Below the pieces are notes generated by a model, which was given only the letters and a program-made list of their open reading frames with translations, had not been told where the DNA came from and did no database searches. 64,000 bases of DNA from Alloascoidea hylecoeti. Lineage: Eukaryota. Of the stretch, positions 23,434 through 34,662 are shown one piece after another (position 1 is the stretch's first letter; each line of letters begins with the position of its first letter). The DNA lies in contig BCKZ01000003.1 of NCBI GenBank assembly GCA_001600815.1, positions 500,581-564,580 on the forward strand, given 5' to 3'. The translations under genes were made by a program, and so were the position numbers.

Positions 23434-25176
23434 TTAACATTTAGTTCTAATATAAAATACTACTTTTCTTTTAAATTTTAAAATTTGAAATAACGTATCA
23501 TCATCATCAATTATAACTATCTCATCATCTTCATCATCTTCATCTTCATCCTTAGCGCTATTACTGCTATCAATTGAATTAAATGATTTATCAGCTTTAT
23601 AACTACCAGGTAAATAAGTCAATGACACAAGGTTAGGATCTAATGATAATTTATCTGACACTTTTGAAATTAATGAGGATAATTGAATATTTGATGGGAT
23701 AATTAATGCAAATAAATCAGTTTCATAGAAAAATTTAATTTTAATGTTATTAACTTCTCCATTTCCATTTGCAATTGCATTTGAATTTAGTTGTATTTGT
23801 GTTTGTGTTTCTGATGAATCATTTATTGGACTAATTAAATCGGATTCTGAAGTATTTAATGTATCGAATGTATTTGTGGTATCTGTTCTTGTATGAGTAT
23901 TATCAACTTGGGATTTATCATTAGGGTTTGATAATCTTCCAATATTAAAATTAATACCATCATCACCAGACCCTGAATCCGTATCAGAACCATCATATTG
24001 ATATCTATTATGATCATCAGTCTTTTGAATATCAATTTCAATTTCATCATTAATAGGAAAATCTTCTTCTTCTTCATCAATCAGTTTAATTTCTTCCCAT
24101 CCAGGTCTAGTTGGTAAACGATCAGGATATTTTCCAATTTCTTCTAAATCACCATCCCAACAATTAAAAAAATTTAAAACTAATCTATTTTTTAAGATTT
24201 TTTCAACTTTTAAATTTATAATATTTGAAACATAAGTATTAAAATCTTGCATTCTTGAAATTGTTATACTATCATTTATATAAGCAACTGGACCAGGTAT
24301 AAAAGGTAAAATTCTTGGAGGACCTTTTGGTGATCCTGCTTCTTGTGGGAAAGTGTCTAATAATTTAACTTGAAAATCATAAAAATCTTGATATAATCGA
24401 CATAATTTTCTAAAATGACCATTTGATGTTTGTATAAGGACTAAAAACCAAAAAGTATCATTTGAACAGTAATATGATGGAACTGATGCTGATATAATTG
24501 GATCATTTAATGATAGGAAACGTGCTTGAGAAGTTGGAGAAGTAATTCCAGTCAAATTATTATTATTGTTACTACTATTACGATTATTAGTAGTTGAAGT
24601 AGTGAAAATTGAATTCGAAGCTGTTGAAGTAGTTTGAAGAGAAGAAGTTGAGTTATAAGACCCTCTAATATTAGTAGTAGTATTATATAATTTTGATTTT
24701 GGCTTTGGTTGTAAAGATTGAGTTTTTGAAGTAGGAAGTAAAGCAATTGAACTTGCTTGATATTTTCTATTTCTTGATTTCCATTCTTCGACAGTTGGTA
24801 TTTCAAAAGTCTTTACAGCTTCTTCAATGTTTTTTAAAACTTGACCAGTCTTTAAGTTTGTAAGTTTAACATAAGAAACAGGAACTAAACCAGGACCACC
24901 TAATCTTTCAATTGGTTTTGCGATAAACCAATCAAAATTATGATGCGCACATATTATTAAATTTTCATTTGGATGAACAGCTAACTCATCAGGTTTTTCC
25001 GGTACAAAATCATATAAGACGTGTGCATGTAAAGCACCAGATCTACCCCCGGGAGCAACACTGGCACCGGCTCCAAAGCCGGAAATAGATGGTGAAGATG
25101 GAGTTGGGGGAGGTTTACCCGTGCTGTTTGGAGATGAATGTCTTTTTTCTCGTAGCGAACGTCGGAAGCTTTTCAT
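23434..25176 (-). CDS. BEM1: Bem1-like polarity scaffold, paralog B (basic N-terminus-SH3b-CI-PX-PB1; no SH3a)
   Basis: MKSFRRSLREK N-terminus; SH3b VLYDFVPEKPDEL...ICAHHNFDWFIAKPIERLGGPGLVPVSYV; CI IPTVEEWKSRNRKYQASSIAL; PX LCRLYQDFYDFQVKLLDTFPQEAG..RILPFIPGPV; PB1 IKIKFFYETDLFAL. Confidence 0.92.
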   Translation of the reverse strand: MKSFRRSLREKRHSSPNSTGKPPPTPSSPSISGFGAGASVAPGGRSGALHAHVLYDFVPEKPDELAVHPNENLIICAHHNFDWFIAKPIERLGGPGLVPVSYVKLTNLKTGQVLKNIEEAVKTFEIPTVEEWKSRNRKYQASSIALLPTSKTQSLQPKPKSKLYNTTTNIRGSYNSTSSLQTTSTASNSIFTTSTTNNRNSSNNNNNLTGITSPTSQARFLSLNDPIISASVPSYYCSNDTFWFLVLIQTSNGHFRKLCRLYQDFYDFQVKLLDTFPQEAGSPKGPPRILPFIPGPVAYINDSITISRMQDFNTYVSNIINLKVEKILKNRLVLNFFNCWDGDLEEIGKYPDRLPTRPGWEEIKLIDEEEEDFPINDEIEIDIQKTDDHNRYQYDGSDTDSGSGDDGINFNIGRLSNPNDKSQVDNTHTRTDTTNTFDTLNTSESDLISPINDSSETQTQIQLNSNAIANGNGEVNNIKIKFFYETDLFALIIPSNIQLSSLISKVSDKLSLDPNLVSLTYLPGSYKADKSFNSIDSSNSAKDEDEDDEDDEIVIIDDDDTLFQILKFKRKVVFYIRTKC

Positions 25177-25305
25177 TTGAGACCAATCTAGTTGAATATA
25201 ATAATTTTTGTTATTTGCTTGGAGGTTAAAATAGAGTGGGTGTATGGATGATGAACCATGTTGAACAACTGATAAAAACTCTCCCTTATCCCATCATTTC
25301 TATAA

Positions 25306-25632
25306 ATGGCCCCTTCCATCCCTCCAGCTAAAACAGCCCCCAAAAGAAAACGAGGCCGTCCGAGAACTCAAAAACAATCTTCTATCACCCAAAAGCATCA
25401 TGAACTACAATTAAAGGCACGATCTCTTAGACCTTCCTTCAGTGCGGCCCCTACTTTAAAACATAGCACACCAGAAGAAGATATGCTGAAACCACCAAAA
25501 AGAAATAGTATCAAATTTATTAACGTTGAGGAGTTCTCTTTGCCTTCTGTTTCTAAAGAGGTTCCGTGGCCCGATGATAAGAAAAAAACGCGTGAAACCG
25601 AAAAATGGCAAGGAGTGTCTTTTTTAATATAA
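25306..25632 (+). CDS. Small basic AT-hook protein (putative)
   Basis: 108-aa ORF, ATG preceded by AAA, AT-hook KRKRGRPR, divergent from BEM1-B with 129 bp between starts. Confidence 0.45.
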   Translation: MAPSIPPAKTAPKRKRGRPRTQKQSSITQKHHELQLKARSLRPSFSAAPTLKHSTPEEDMLKPPKRNSIKFINVEEFSLPSVSKEVPWPDDKKKTRETEKWQGVSFLI

Positions 25633-26657
25633 TAGACAAGTAAATATGATCACTCGCTGATTCACCAGTAATTGTTTTTATTTCAATGAAAGTGTTCAAA
25701 AACAAACTGGTGGTTGGATCTATGTTGTTATCGCACGGTTAGGAGATGGTATTGATCAAACTTATATTTTTCAATTTATCGAAAGTAAACGATATAGAGG
25801 GAGCTTTATATTTATATGTATTTCTGTATACATTTGTTCTTTGTTCTTTGTTCTTTTGTTTTCCTGTTTTGTTTCCTTTTTTCAACATTTTAAATATGTT
25901 GTTTCCATTAAATGTTTTCTTTGTTTTCAAAGAAGTTTGTTTTGCATTTGATATATCAATTATATCATTATCATGAATTTATTCCATGTAAATACTTTGC
26001 ATGTATAAATATAGTTCATATTCATTTTATTATTTTATTTTATCAGTTGCAATTGTGTTCTTAAAATTACAGTTAAGGTTATCCCAAACGGGAGTTGGAG
26101 TATCAACCTTCTATTCATTATGAAATTATTACAGGTATTAATCACTTAACTTTATAACTTTCGGTCGCAAATACTCTATTATAAATACCCCCTCATTTCT
26201 TTAACTCTTTCTTTACTCTAACATATACTATTATACCTTTGATATTTATAACACTATATTAATGAATTCTACTCATAATCTCCTTGTGTGTTTTACGTTC
26301 ACAAATACTTCTCTAGATCAGATTACATGCCATTGAAACCGTAAACATTTATATGTATGCATATACTTATTATCCTTTGAATATTATTATAAAATCTGAA
26401 ACCTCTGATAATATTTTAGGAGTACGTCTTTATTTTTTGACTGTTTAGTCACTTCTATATCTCCTTGTTTTCTTAAAACTATTCAGCCTCTTAAGCTTTC
26501 TAGTTTTATAAACAACTGCATAAATGCATGCTAATGTTATCAAGGCTAATCTGTTGTGGTAGATTTAGACAATTTATCATCTTAATATCAATATATTTCT
26601 AACTTTGTTTTAGAGAGAAGTACAATTTAGAAATGTTTATTATGTATATCATGTTAT

Positions 26658-28706
26658 TTATTTATAAATTGGAATACTGACAGAATCTGAACCAAGCAAA
26701 ACAAAGTTCAGTTTATTATCAACGATTAAAGTTCGAAAGTCATCAGTTATTGAATTATTTATTTCAATAAATTTCCATTTTTCGGTTGCTATATCATAGA
26801 GTATAAAACATTCAAAGGTTTTACCATCCATTATTTCAATATTTGGATCAGGAATAGTTCCGAGGTAGTATTGAACTTTTATTGCTATATTATTATTATT
26901 CCAGAAATATGGATAAACTTTGATTTCCTTTAATTCAAAATTAGGATACTTTATGTTTATTAAAGGTTGAAAGGTATTAATTGTAGGAGTTTCCAGTACG
27001 ACTTTCCAAGTGCAATTATCATAACTGTGAACGTGATACAAATTATTGTTAAAGGCTATATTTGGTATATTTGAAAATATTGAATTCAAAGATTCAACGT
27101 CAATTCTTAAACAATCTTCAATATTATTAATCATATTTAAAAAATTTACCACTGGAATCCATAATAATTGAAAATTATCAATACAGCATACATTATCAAA
27201 AAGTTCATCATCTATAATTTTCCAATTATAATTAATTTGAAATAAATTTGATCCAATCATGATAATCTGAGGAATTAGGAGATGTATATTTTCCGTATAA
27301 TTTTTATACATTTCCATTCGAAATGTTTGCATCTTATATCTATAGACACTTAAATCATAATTGATTTGATATTTACCTAAGTATTCACCATTTGTAGTTT
27401 TAAATACAAGCCAGAAGTAAGTATCAACATTATAATTATGTGAATATATCAATAATGGGATTAACGTATAAAAATCGGATACTTGGATTTTTAAAAAAGT
27501 TGGAATTGATAAAGTTTCCTTGATACCAAGATGGTAATTAGATTTTATCCGATTCTTTTGTAATTGGATTTTAATTTGCCAAACCATTGTTGAGTGTAGT
27601 TTGTTATTCTTATGATTATTCTTCTTATAACAATTTATAATTATAGGTGTAAGTAAATCATAATTATCATTTGGAGTGTTAATTGATATTAGATATTTCC
27701 CGGCTGTATTATCATTAATTTTTAGATATTTCTCAGGTGTGAATAAATCACCGTTTCGGATCCCATAAAATTTTTTATCCCGTTTTTTTCTTTTCTTATA
27801 AAGTAAGTTAAATAGTATAGGATCATAAAAAGTTTTATAATCATACCAAGCTGGTGGCTCTAAGTATAATTTCTCATGAAAGTTGACTGGAATTCTCCAA
27901 ATACTATAATTATTAGCACTGATAGAGCAAGAAGTATTTTCAGATTCCTTGGAGATCGCATTTTCCCAATTAAATTGATCTAAAGGCTTATCAATCAATG
28001 CAGAGGTTTGTGGGAATTTTGCATATAATTTATTGATCATTGTTTCTGATTTTGAATCTGACTGTAAATAGACGCTTGAGATGTCACGAAAACTGGATAC
28101 CCAGTCAGTTATCAAAGGGATTATTTGTATCACACACTCATCATCCGTGTCAGTATTATTTATATTATGGTCATCATCATCGATTTTAAGATTATGATGT
28201 TCAATAATAGTTGTATCAATAATTGTATTTTCGAGAGACGACAACTCCAAAAGTCCAACCACAGGGTAGTGTAAAGAATGACAATCATCGTACTCATCGT
28301 TGGTTAGAATGGGGTGCGAAGTTTCCAACATCATCTCATCGCTATCAATATAATTCCGAACAACTTGGTTTTGCCATAACATTAATGGCACTTTTTCGTT
28401 TTCGATTCTTTCAAAGGTTGGTACTTCAAGTATAATAGAATCAAATAAATTCACGATCTTAACATCCCCATTGTATAAATTCTTGACCATTCTATTCCGT
28501 TTTTTTTTCAATGATTTGATGCACTTTCTTTGATTTCCTTTAGTGAAGGAGTCCAATATAGTAGAAACATATTGCTTATTATTATAGTTCTGTTTATAAA
28601 AGGTGAAGAGTAGTTTACATGTCTTGAAGAAGTTAAATGCATCTACTGGAGTAAGGTTCTCTGCGATGAGGATAATGATATCTTCAGGAAGATTTACGGC
28701 TTGCAT
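26658..28706 (-). CDS. F-box protein with unrecognised C-terminal region
   Basis: First ATG at 28706 is followed by an F-box pattern NLPEDIIILIAENLTPVDAFNFFKTCKLLF; 682 aa, intronless. Confidence 0.7.
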   Translation of the reverse strand: MQAVNLPEDIIILIAENLTPVDAFNFFKTCKLLFTFYKQNYNNKQYVSTILDSFTKGNQRKCIKSLKKKRNRMVKNLYNGDVKIVNLFDSIILEVPTFERIENEKVPLMLWQNQVVRNYIDSDEMMLETSHPILTNDEYDDCHSLHYPVVGLLELSSLENTIIDTTIIEHHNLKIDDDDHNINNTDTDDECVIQIIPLITDWVSSFRDISSVYLQSDSKSETMINKLYAKFPQTSALIDKPLDQFNWENAISKESENTSCSISANNYSIWRIPVNFHEKLYLEPPAWYDYKTFYDPILFNLLYKKRKKRDKKFYGIRNGDLFTPEKYLKINDNTAGKYLISINTPNDNYDLLTPIIINCYKKNNHKNNKLHSTMVWQIKIQLQKNRIKSNYHLGIKETLSIPTFLKIQVSDFYTLIPLLIYSHNYNVDTYFWLVFKTTNGEYLGKYQINYDLSVYRYKMQTFRMEMYKNYTENIHLLIPQIIMIGSNLFQINYNWKIIDDELFDNVCCIDNFQLLWIPVVNFLNMINNIEDCLRIDVESLNSIFSNIPNIAFNNNLYHVHSYDNCTWKVVLETPTINTFQPLINIKYPNFELKEIKVYPYFWNNNNIAIKVQYYLGTIPDPNIEIMDGKTFECFILYDIATEKWKFIEINNSITDDFRTLIVDNKLNFVLLGSDSVSIPIYK

Positions 28707-29084
28707 GATGGTGAGATGGATCAAGAATGGCCCGCCATCTGAAGAGCGAGGCCCCACACACGTCCTTCATATAACACTATTAACTTATAAAGTGTATATG
28801 CAGTACTGGTATATCTTATATTCGCACATATTTGAAAAATAGTTCGCCCACATTTAAAGTCAATAATTCGGCCACATGATGTATTAATATTCGATCGCAT
28901 CAATAATTTAACAAGGGCTCGATATTAACGCAAAGTACCATATGCAGGTAACTACTAACTAAATAAATCTAAGATATAAAGTTTTATAAGGTCTCTAAAT
29001 TTTTGAAAGGCTTGGATTCAAAAGATAAAAAATTTCCGTCTGTCATGCGTATAGTTTTACCTACCAATTTGATAACTCCAGCAT

Positions 29085-30110
29085 GGTCAAATTTGATTTA
29101 GCTAATAATGCCATTGATATAGCTATGTTGGAATGACCCTTTTCAATTATGCCGTTAGCTTTGGGATGATATGGTGCTGTTTGTCTAGTCTTAATTCCAT
29201 ATTTTCAAATAATGATTATAAATTATCGGATAACAGACCCTTAGATTTTTAGTATTTGAGTCGAGCTTACCATCTTATTGAACTAAGCAATCATAAATGA
29301 TTATATATATGGGAACAAAAACTATGTTTAATCTGAATTTGAACCGATTTAAGTATAAAATTACAAAGAAAAGAAGTCGTTTGTTACATTCGAGCTTTAA
29401 TAATAATCTATAAAATTGGTTAATATTAACATTATTTGTTTATAGTAGGAAACTTGGTTGAAACTATTGGAAAACATTTCTTTCCCATTGATCTATAAGA
29501 TTTGAATTCTTCTGTTCTGTTTAGCGGTTCCATCGTCTCAATATTTATTCTAATCACAACTGTCCTTAGAACTTAGACAATATATGGCTGATGATTTACT
29601 ATTATAATCCTTACGGACTGAACATATTAACATTTTAGCGAAATACGAGTATCGATTTTCTAATCAATCTAGAGAAGTATGTACTTTACATGTGTTTACC
29701 GAGAGCAGTGACTTTGCAATTGGAGGAACATTCTTCATATCGGTATTAAACCATGCTGCTTACAAACTATCGTTACAAAAGAAGCTAATTATGGCTTACG
29801 GTTCAAAAAGAGCTGCCAGACGACCAAAAATTGTTACATTTCAACCACGAATGGCATAACCATCTATAGCAACAAATATAAATTATTGGAGTAGTATCAA
29901 TAAATTCTATTCAATCTCATAATTCTGACAATATATGTTCAACATATATATTTTTCAAAGATTGTTGTGTGGTAAAAGTTCTTCTACGATTATTTGGTGT
30001 ATTGAACTTACTAGCTTGAAGCTTAAGCTTCCAACATACATCTCTTTTGGTATCTCTAGAGAATCCCGTGTAAATTTTAGTATCTTTTCCCCCTTAGAAG
30101 TCAGAATTCC
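29085..30110 (-). mobile_element. Decayed Ty1/copia gag-PR-IN fragment (copy 4)
   Basis: Minus strand: FLV-(2-nt gap)-SGSS protease-site relic (~29810-29832), NVPPIAKSLLSVN (~29694-29732), and integrase KYGIKTRQTAPYHPKANGIIEKGHSNI...LLAKSNL (~29085-29205); homologous to the 15-kb and 32-kb copies. Confidence 0.82.
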
Positions 30111-31165
30111 ACTTCAAATAGCTTTTAAGGGTATCTTCTTGCACTGTGGTAGATATTTGAAATGTTAAAGTCTCTTGAAGATATTTGCATATGTTTTCAA
30201 TTTTTCCAACCACGCTTAGTAAGATACTTTTAAAAACTTGATGGGTTTACATTATTCAGATAAATCCTCATATGAAATGAAATTTTCCCCGATTTTGTGG
30301 TTACTTCTACCTATCTTGCCTATCCGAATCTGTCAAAATCTATTCACACTTTGATTATATCATCTGGGGATTAAAAGGATGAATTACAATTGTTGCAATG
30401 CACGACCGAATATCTTTAGGCACTATAGCTTTAGTATCTATAGCTACATTCTGATACATTATATTGATATCCTTTTCTGAGGTCGATGGTTTATGTAATT
30501 TGTTACTTTTCAACCATAGGGCTCCAAAACCCGATACAATCATTGCCTGGATTTCTTAACTTGTGTGGGCGAATAAAATGAAATACCTAGCTAAATTTAA
30601 TTAGCCAATCCGAAATATATACTTCATTTATGATGCTAGCACTAGCTTTATATTTCGGAATTTTGGATGATGATTTATTTTTAGAGCAAACATGACAGAT
30701 TTATTTGAAAGAGAATAGGCATCGCACTCAAAATTAATTAGCTCTTCAAGATTTTAAAAATTATTGCAATTGATGGTTCAAATGCTCAAAGCTTCAATCT
30801 TTCACGATTGGATAATTTTCATCCTTGTGCCAATTATCTATTTTTAAGGTGTTCAGATCTGGTACAGTACATACTACATAATACATATACAGAAGCTTTA
30901 TAAGTATGTGTCGAATCTATTAATCAATTGAAAAATCCCCTAAGCTATGGCTACTATTGACTAGCTAGTCCCACTGTAGCCAGGTCTTCCCATGTAAATG
31001 TATTTATTTTGTACCGGTGTATGTATAATATTGTATATTAGCATCCCATTCGCTTAAAATTGTCGGGTAGATGGGTCTTTTAGATCTATAAATTGAGAAG
31101 ATATAGCTACTTACAACTTTGCAAACGGTTCAAAACTTGAAGTAATAGAACAATTGAAATTAAAC

Positions 31166-31948
31166 ATGGCCAGCATAGCTTCTATATTTGATTTAACAGG
31201 AAAAGTGGCGTTATTCACAGGTTCTTCTAGAGGAATTGGTGCTGCAATGGCTTTAGCTCTTGCTAGAGCTGGTGCCGATTTAATTTTAGTTCAAAGATCC
31301 CAAGCTAAAACAGATACTTATGAAAAAATTAAAGCATTAGGTAGAAAAGTTTTCATTGTTAATGCCGAATTGAGTAACAGAGAGCAGGTATCGAAAATCG
31401 TTCCAAAAGCAATTGAATTATCACCAACTGGTCAAATTGATATTCTAGTTAATAATGCAGGAGTTGCAAGAAATGCAGAACTTTCAGAATATCCTTTGAA
31501 ATATTGGGATGAGTCTCTTGAAGTTAATCTTACCACACCTTTTATTTTATCAAAAGCTGTTGGAACTCATCAAATTGAAAAAGGTATTAAAGGTAAAATT
31601 ATAAATGTAGGATCTGTTTGGGGAATATCTGGTGGGGTTCAAGTTGTTGGATATGCAGCTGCAAAAGCAGCATTAATTCACCTTACAAAATCGATTTCAA
31701 ATGAATGGGCAGGTAAAGGAATAAATGTTAATTGTATTGCACCTGGACTTATTGAGACTGATATGAGTGCACCATTAATTAGTGGTGAAAAAAAAGACAT
31801 TGGTGCTATCATCACAGCATCAATACCAAAGGGTAGAGTTGGACAACCAGAAGATTTTGATGGGATTATTTTATTCTTAGCAAGTGGTGCCTGCGATTTT
31901 GTTACAGGATTGACTATTATTGTTGATGGTGGTAGGATTTATATGTAA
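31166..31948 (+). CDS. Short-chain dehydrogenase, fungal KduD/2-deoxy-D-gluconate 3-dehydrogenase-like
   Basis: TGSSRGIG, NNAG, YAAAK, SNEWAGKGINVNCIAPG, IVDGG; first ATG at 31166. Confidence 0.88.
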   Translation: MASIASIFDLTGKVALFTGSSRGIGAAMALALARAGADLILVQRSQAKTDTYEKIKALGRKVFIVNAELSNREQVSKIVPKAIELSPTGQIDILVNNAGVARNAELSEYPLKYWDESLEVNLTTPFILSKAVGTHQIEKGIKGKIINVGSVWGISGGVQVVGYAAAKAALIHLTKSISNEWAGKGINVNCIAPGLIETDMSAPLISGEKKDIGAIITASIPKGRVGQPEDFDGIILFLASGACDFVTGLTIIVDGGRIYM

Positions 31949-32334
31949 ATAGTTTATAGGGTATACAAGTATAAATTTTTTTATAGTAAAAATATAAAAG
32001 TACAATTTACCTGTGCAGATTATAATTATTTTAAAGAAGTTTGATATTTATTTTGCTTCAACGTTGCAACTGTATTTCCTGATCACCAATATAAAGCTAT
32101 ATCTATATCAGAATATAGGCCTATATGTGTTCATCTGAAAATTTGCAGCTCCTGAACCCAGGCTCACACAGTCAAATTTTTGGCTATGTTTAGCTCGTTT
32201 TGAGCTCACAAGTCGTTGATTATATAATAATAGAGTAACAATAGCAGGGTACTGTAAAATATTCTGATCATGTGACAACGTTTATAAGGTGTCTCATCTC
32301 GTGCTTGATTAGCCTCGCTCAAAACTCATTGCCC

Positions 32335-32750
32335 TCTGAAAGTTGGGGAAAGACGTTAATAATTACACACGATTCTCCATAGAGAACAAAAAGAGATGTA
32401 GGATTATATCGGAGCTTGGAGCTAGTGAGCTCAATACACAAAATCGTAGAAGAACACTCAAACCGCAACCCATATTTCGCTAAAATGTTAATATGTTCAG
32501 TCCGTAAGGATTATAATAGTAAATCATCAGTCATACTGTCTAAGTTCTAAGGACAGTTTTGATTAGAATAAATATCGAAACGAGCCTCATAGATGGGAGA
32601 GAAAGGTAGTCCAATAGTTTCATCTAGGTTCCCACTATAAACAGATCATGCTAATAAACCAATTTTATGGGTTTTTCTATTTGTTAAAGCTCAAACGTAA
32701 CAAACGACTTCTTTTTTGTAATTTTATACTCATACCAGTTCAAATTACAT
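32335..32750 (+). mobile_element. Decayed Ty1/copia fragment with internal deletion (copy 5)
   Basis: 32335-32455 matches the reverse complement of ~29965-30105 and 32474-32750 matches that of ~29335-29645; roughly 300 bp of copy 4 is missing between them. Confidence 0.8.
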
Positions 32751-33613
32751 TGTAATAAAACATGTTTCATTATCACAAAAGTCTCACACTAATTTCACCT
32801 GCATAATTAGCTTGACAACTGGTTTTGACATAATGCTTTTCCTGTGTTTTTGAAAACACCATGACCGATAAACACCTGGGTCGTTTTACGAAAGTCAAAA
32901 AATGAAAAAATATAACGTCCTTCATTGTCGGACCTCAAAACAACATTATACTATATACGGGGAAACATTGGAAAAAAGGTACATGTATTCAATTAATGAA
33001 GTTTTATGGAATATATATTTTAATTGTGGAAGTAGAAAAAAAGTAGTAGTTTTGGGTCTTGTATAGATGTTGTGGATCCGGAACTCATACATGGATTTAA
33101 GGAAGAATTAATTGCAATTGGTATTCTCCAACATCGATATCCTACTACAAGGTGTGTGTGTATTCTAATTGAGTAGCGAATCGGATTGCAAGCCCCCAAT
33201 TGGGTAATAGATCATTTGTTTAACTAGGTAAAAATCATTAAATATATTTTCATCACTATAAGTGTGTCTTAACAGATATCAAATAGATAAGCTTATAAAC
33301 TTATAGGTGAAGCATATATTTTCCAATTAAGGGAATTGTATACTTTATGCCTAGACGTGTGTCGGTGCTGATGATTACACTAGACTCCACAATGACGCAA
33401 AGACGAAGTAAACCTAGAAGCATAAGGTTACGAAGACCGTACTGATAAGGATGTTAAAACTGGGGATCATCAACCTCATATAAATAGAAGGAGGATTTCT
33501 CATAGCTTATAATAATTAATCCTACTACATCTCTCTTTATCCGTTCTGACAATTACGTTCTACGATTGAAGATCAATTGACCAATCCACCTTCTCCAGTA
33601 CAAACATAAAGAT

Positions 33614-34480
33614 ATGGCCTCCAGTTTAAAACAAGTCACCAGTTATAAGGCATTATCCTCCGGTTATAAGATTCCTTCAGTTGCACTTGGAACTTGGAAT
33701 CTTCCTTATGACAAAACAGCCGAAATTGTTTATCAAGCATTAAGAAATGGTTATAGACATTTTGATACTGCTGTGTGTTATGAAAATGAAAGACCTGTTG
33801 GCTTAGGAATTTATAAGTGGTTACAAGAAAGTGATGTAAATAAAAGAGAAGATGTTTTTTATACTACAAAATTATGGAATTCTCAATTAGGTTATAAACA
33901 AGCTAAAAAAGCAATTGATGAATGTCTTAAAGATGTTAAAGAATTAAAATATATTGATTTATTATTAATTCATTCTCCTCTTTGTAGTCCTGAAGATAGA
34001 TTAGGTACTTGGAAAGCATTACAAGAAGCTGTTGAAGAAGGTAAAGTTAAATCAATTGGTATTTCAAATTATGGTGAAAAACATATTGAACAATTATTAA
34101 ATTGGGATGGTTTAAAAATTAAACCTGTTGTAAATCAAATTGAATTATCTCCATGGTTAATGAGAGTTGATTTAGTTAAATTTTGTTTTGAAAAAGGTTT
34201 ATTAATTGAAGCCTATGCTCCATTAACTCATGGTAATAAATTATCAGATAATGAAATTCTTAATGAATTAAGTGAAAAATACAATAAATCTCAAGCTCAA
34301 ATTCTTATTAGATGGAGTCTTCAACAAGGTTTTATACCTTTACCAAAAGCTTCAAATCCAAAACATGCTGCTAGTAATTTAAAAGTATTTGATTTTGAAA
34401 TTTCAGCAGAAGATATTGGAAAGTTAAGTCATCCTGAAGCTTATGAACCTACTGACTGGGAATGTACTGATGCTCCTTAA
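33614..34480 (+). CDS. Aldo-keto reductase, YJR096W type (xylose/arabinose reductase-like)
   Basis: GYRHFDTAVCYENE, VFYTTKLW, IDLLLIHSP, KSIGISNY, and the characteristic C-terminus AYEPTDWECTDAP. Confidence 0.92.
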   Translation: MASSLKQVTSYKALSSGYKIPSVALGTWNLPYDKTAEIVYQALRNGYRHFDTAVCYENERPVGLGIYKWLQESDVNKREDVFYTTKLWNSQLGYKQAKKAIDECLKDVKELKYIDLLLIHSPLCSPEDRLGTWKALQEAVEEGKVKSIGISNYGEKHIEQLLNWDGLKIKPVVNQIELSPWLMRVDLVKFCFEKGLLIEAYAPLTHGNKLSDNEILNELSEKYNKSQAQILIRWSLQQGFIPLPKASNPKHAASNLKVFDFEISAEDIGKLSHPEAYEPTDWECTDAP

Positions 34481-34662
34481 AAAAAATAAAAAAAAATAAA
34501 TATATCAAATAAAATGATTAATTCTTATAATTATTCTTATATAATCGTGAACGTGTATAACATCAATGTAAAAGGCGGGTAACTATCAACGCGAAAAGAA
34601 AACAACCACTTTTTTGAAAAGATTCATACTTTTCAAAAAAACATAAAGATAAATCCATTGAA

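Noticed and set aside
33368..33446. TGATGA...CTGA as a C/D snoRNA
   Set aside because: No terminal stem outside the boxes and no recognisable rRNA guide; lies in the AKR promoter near its TATA.
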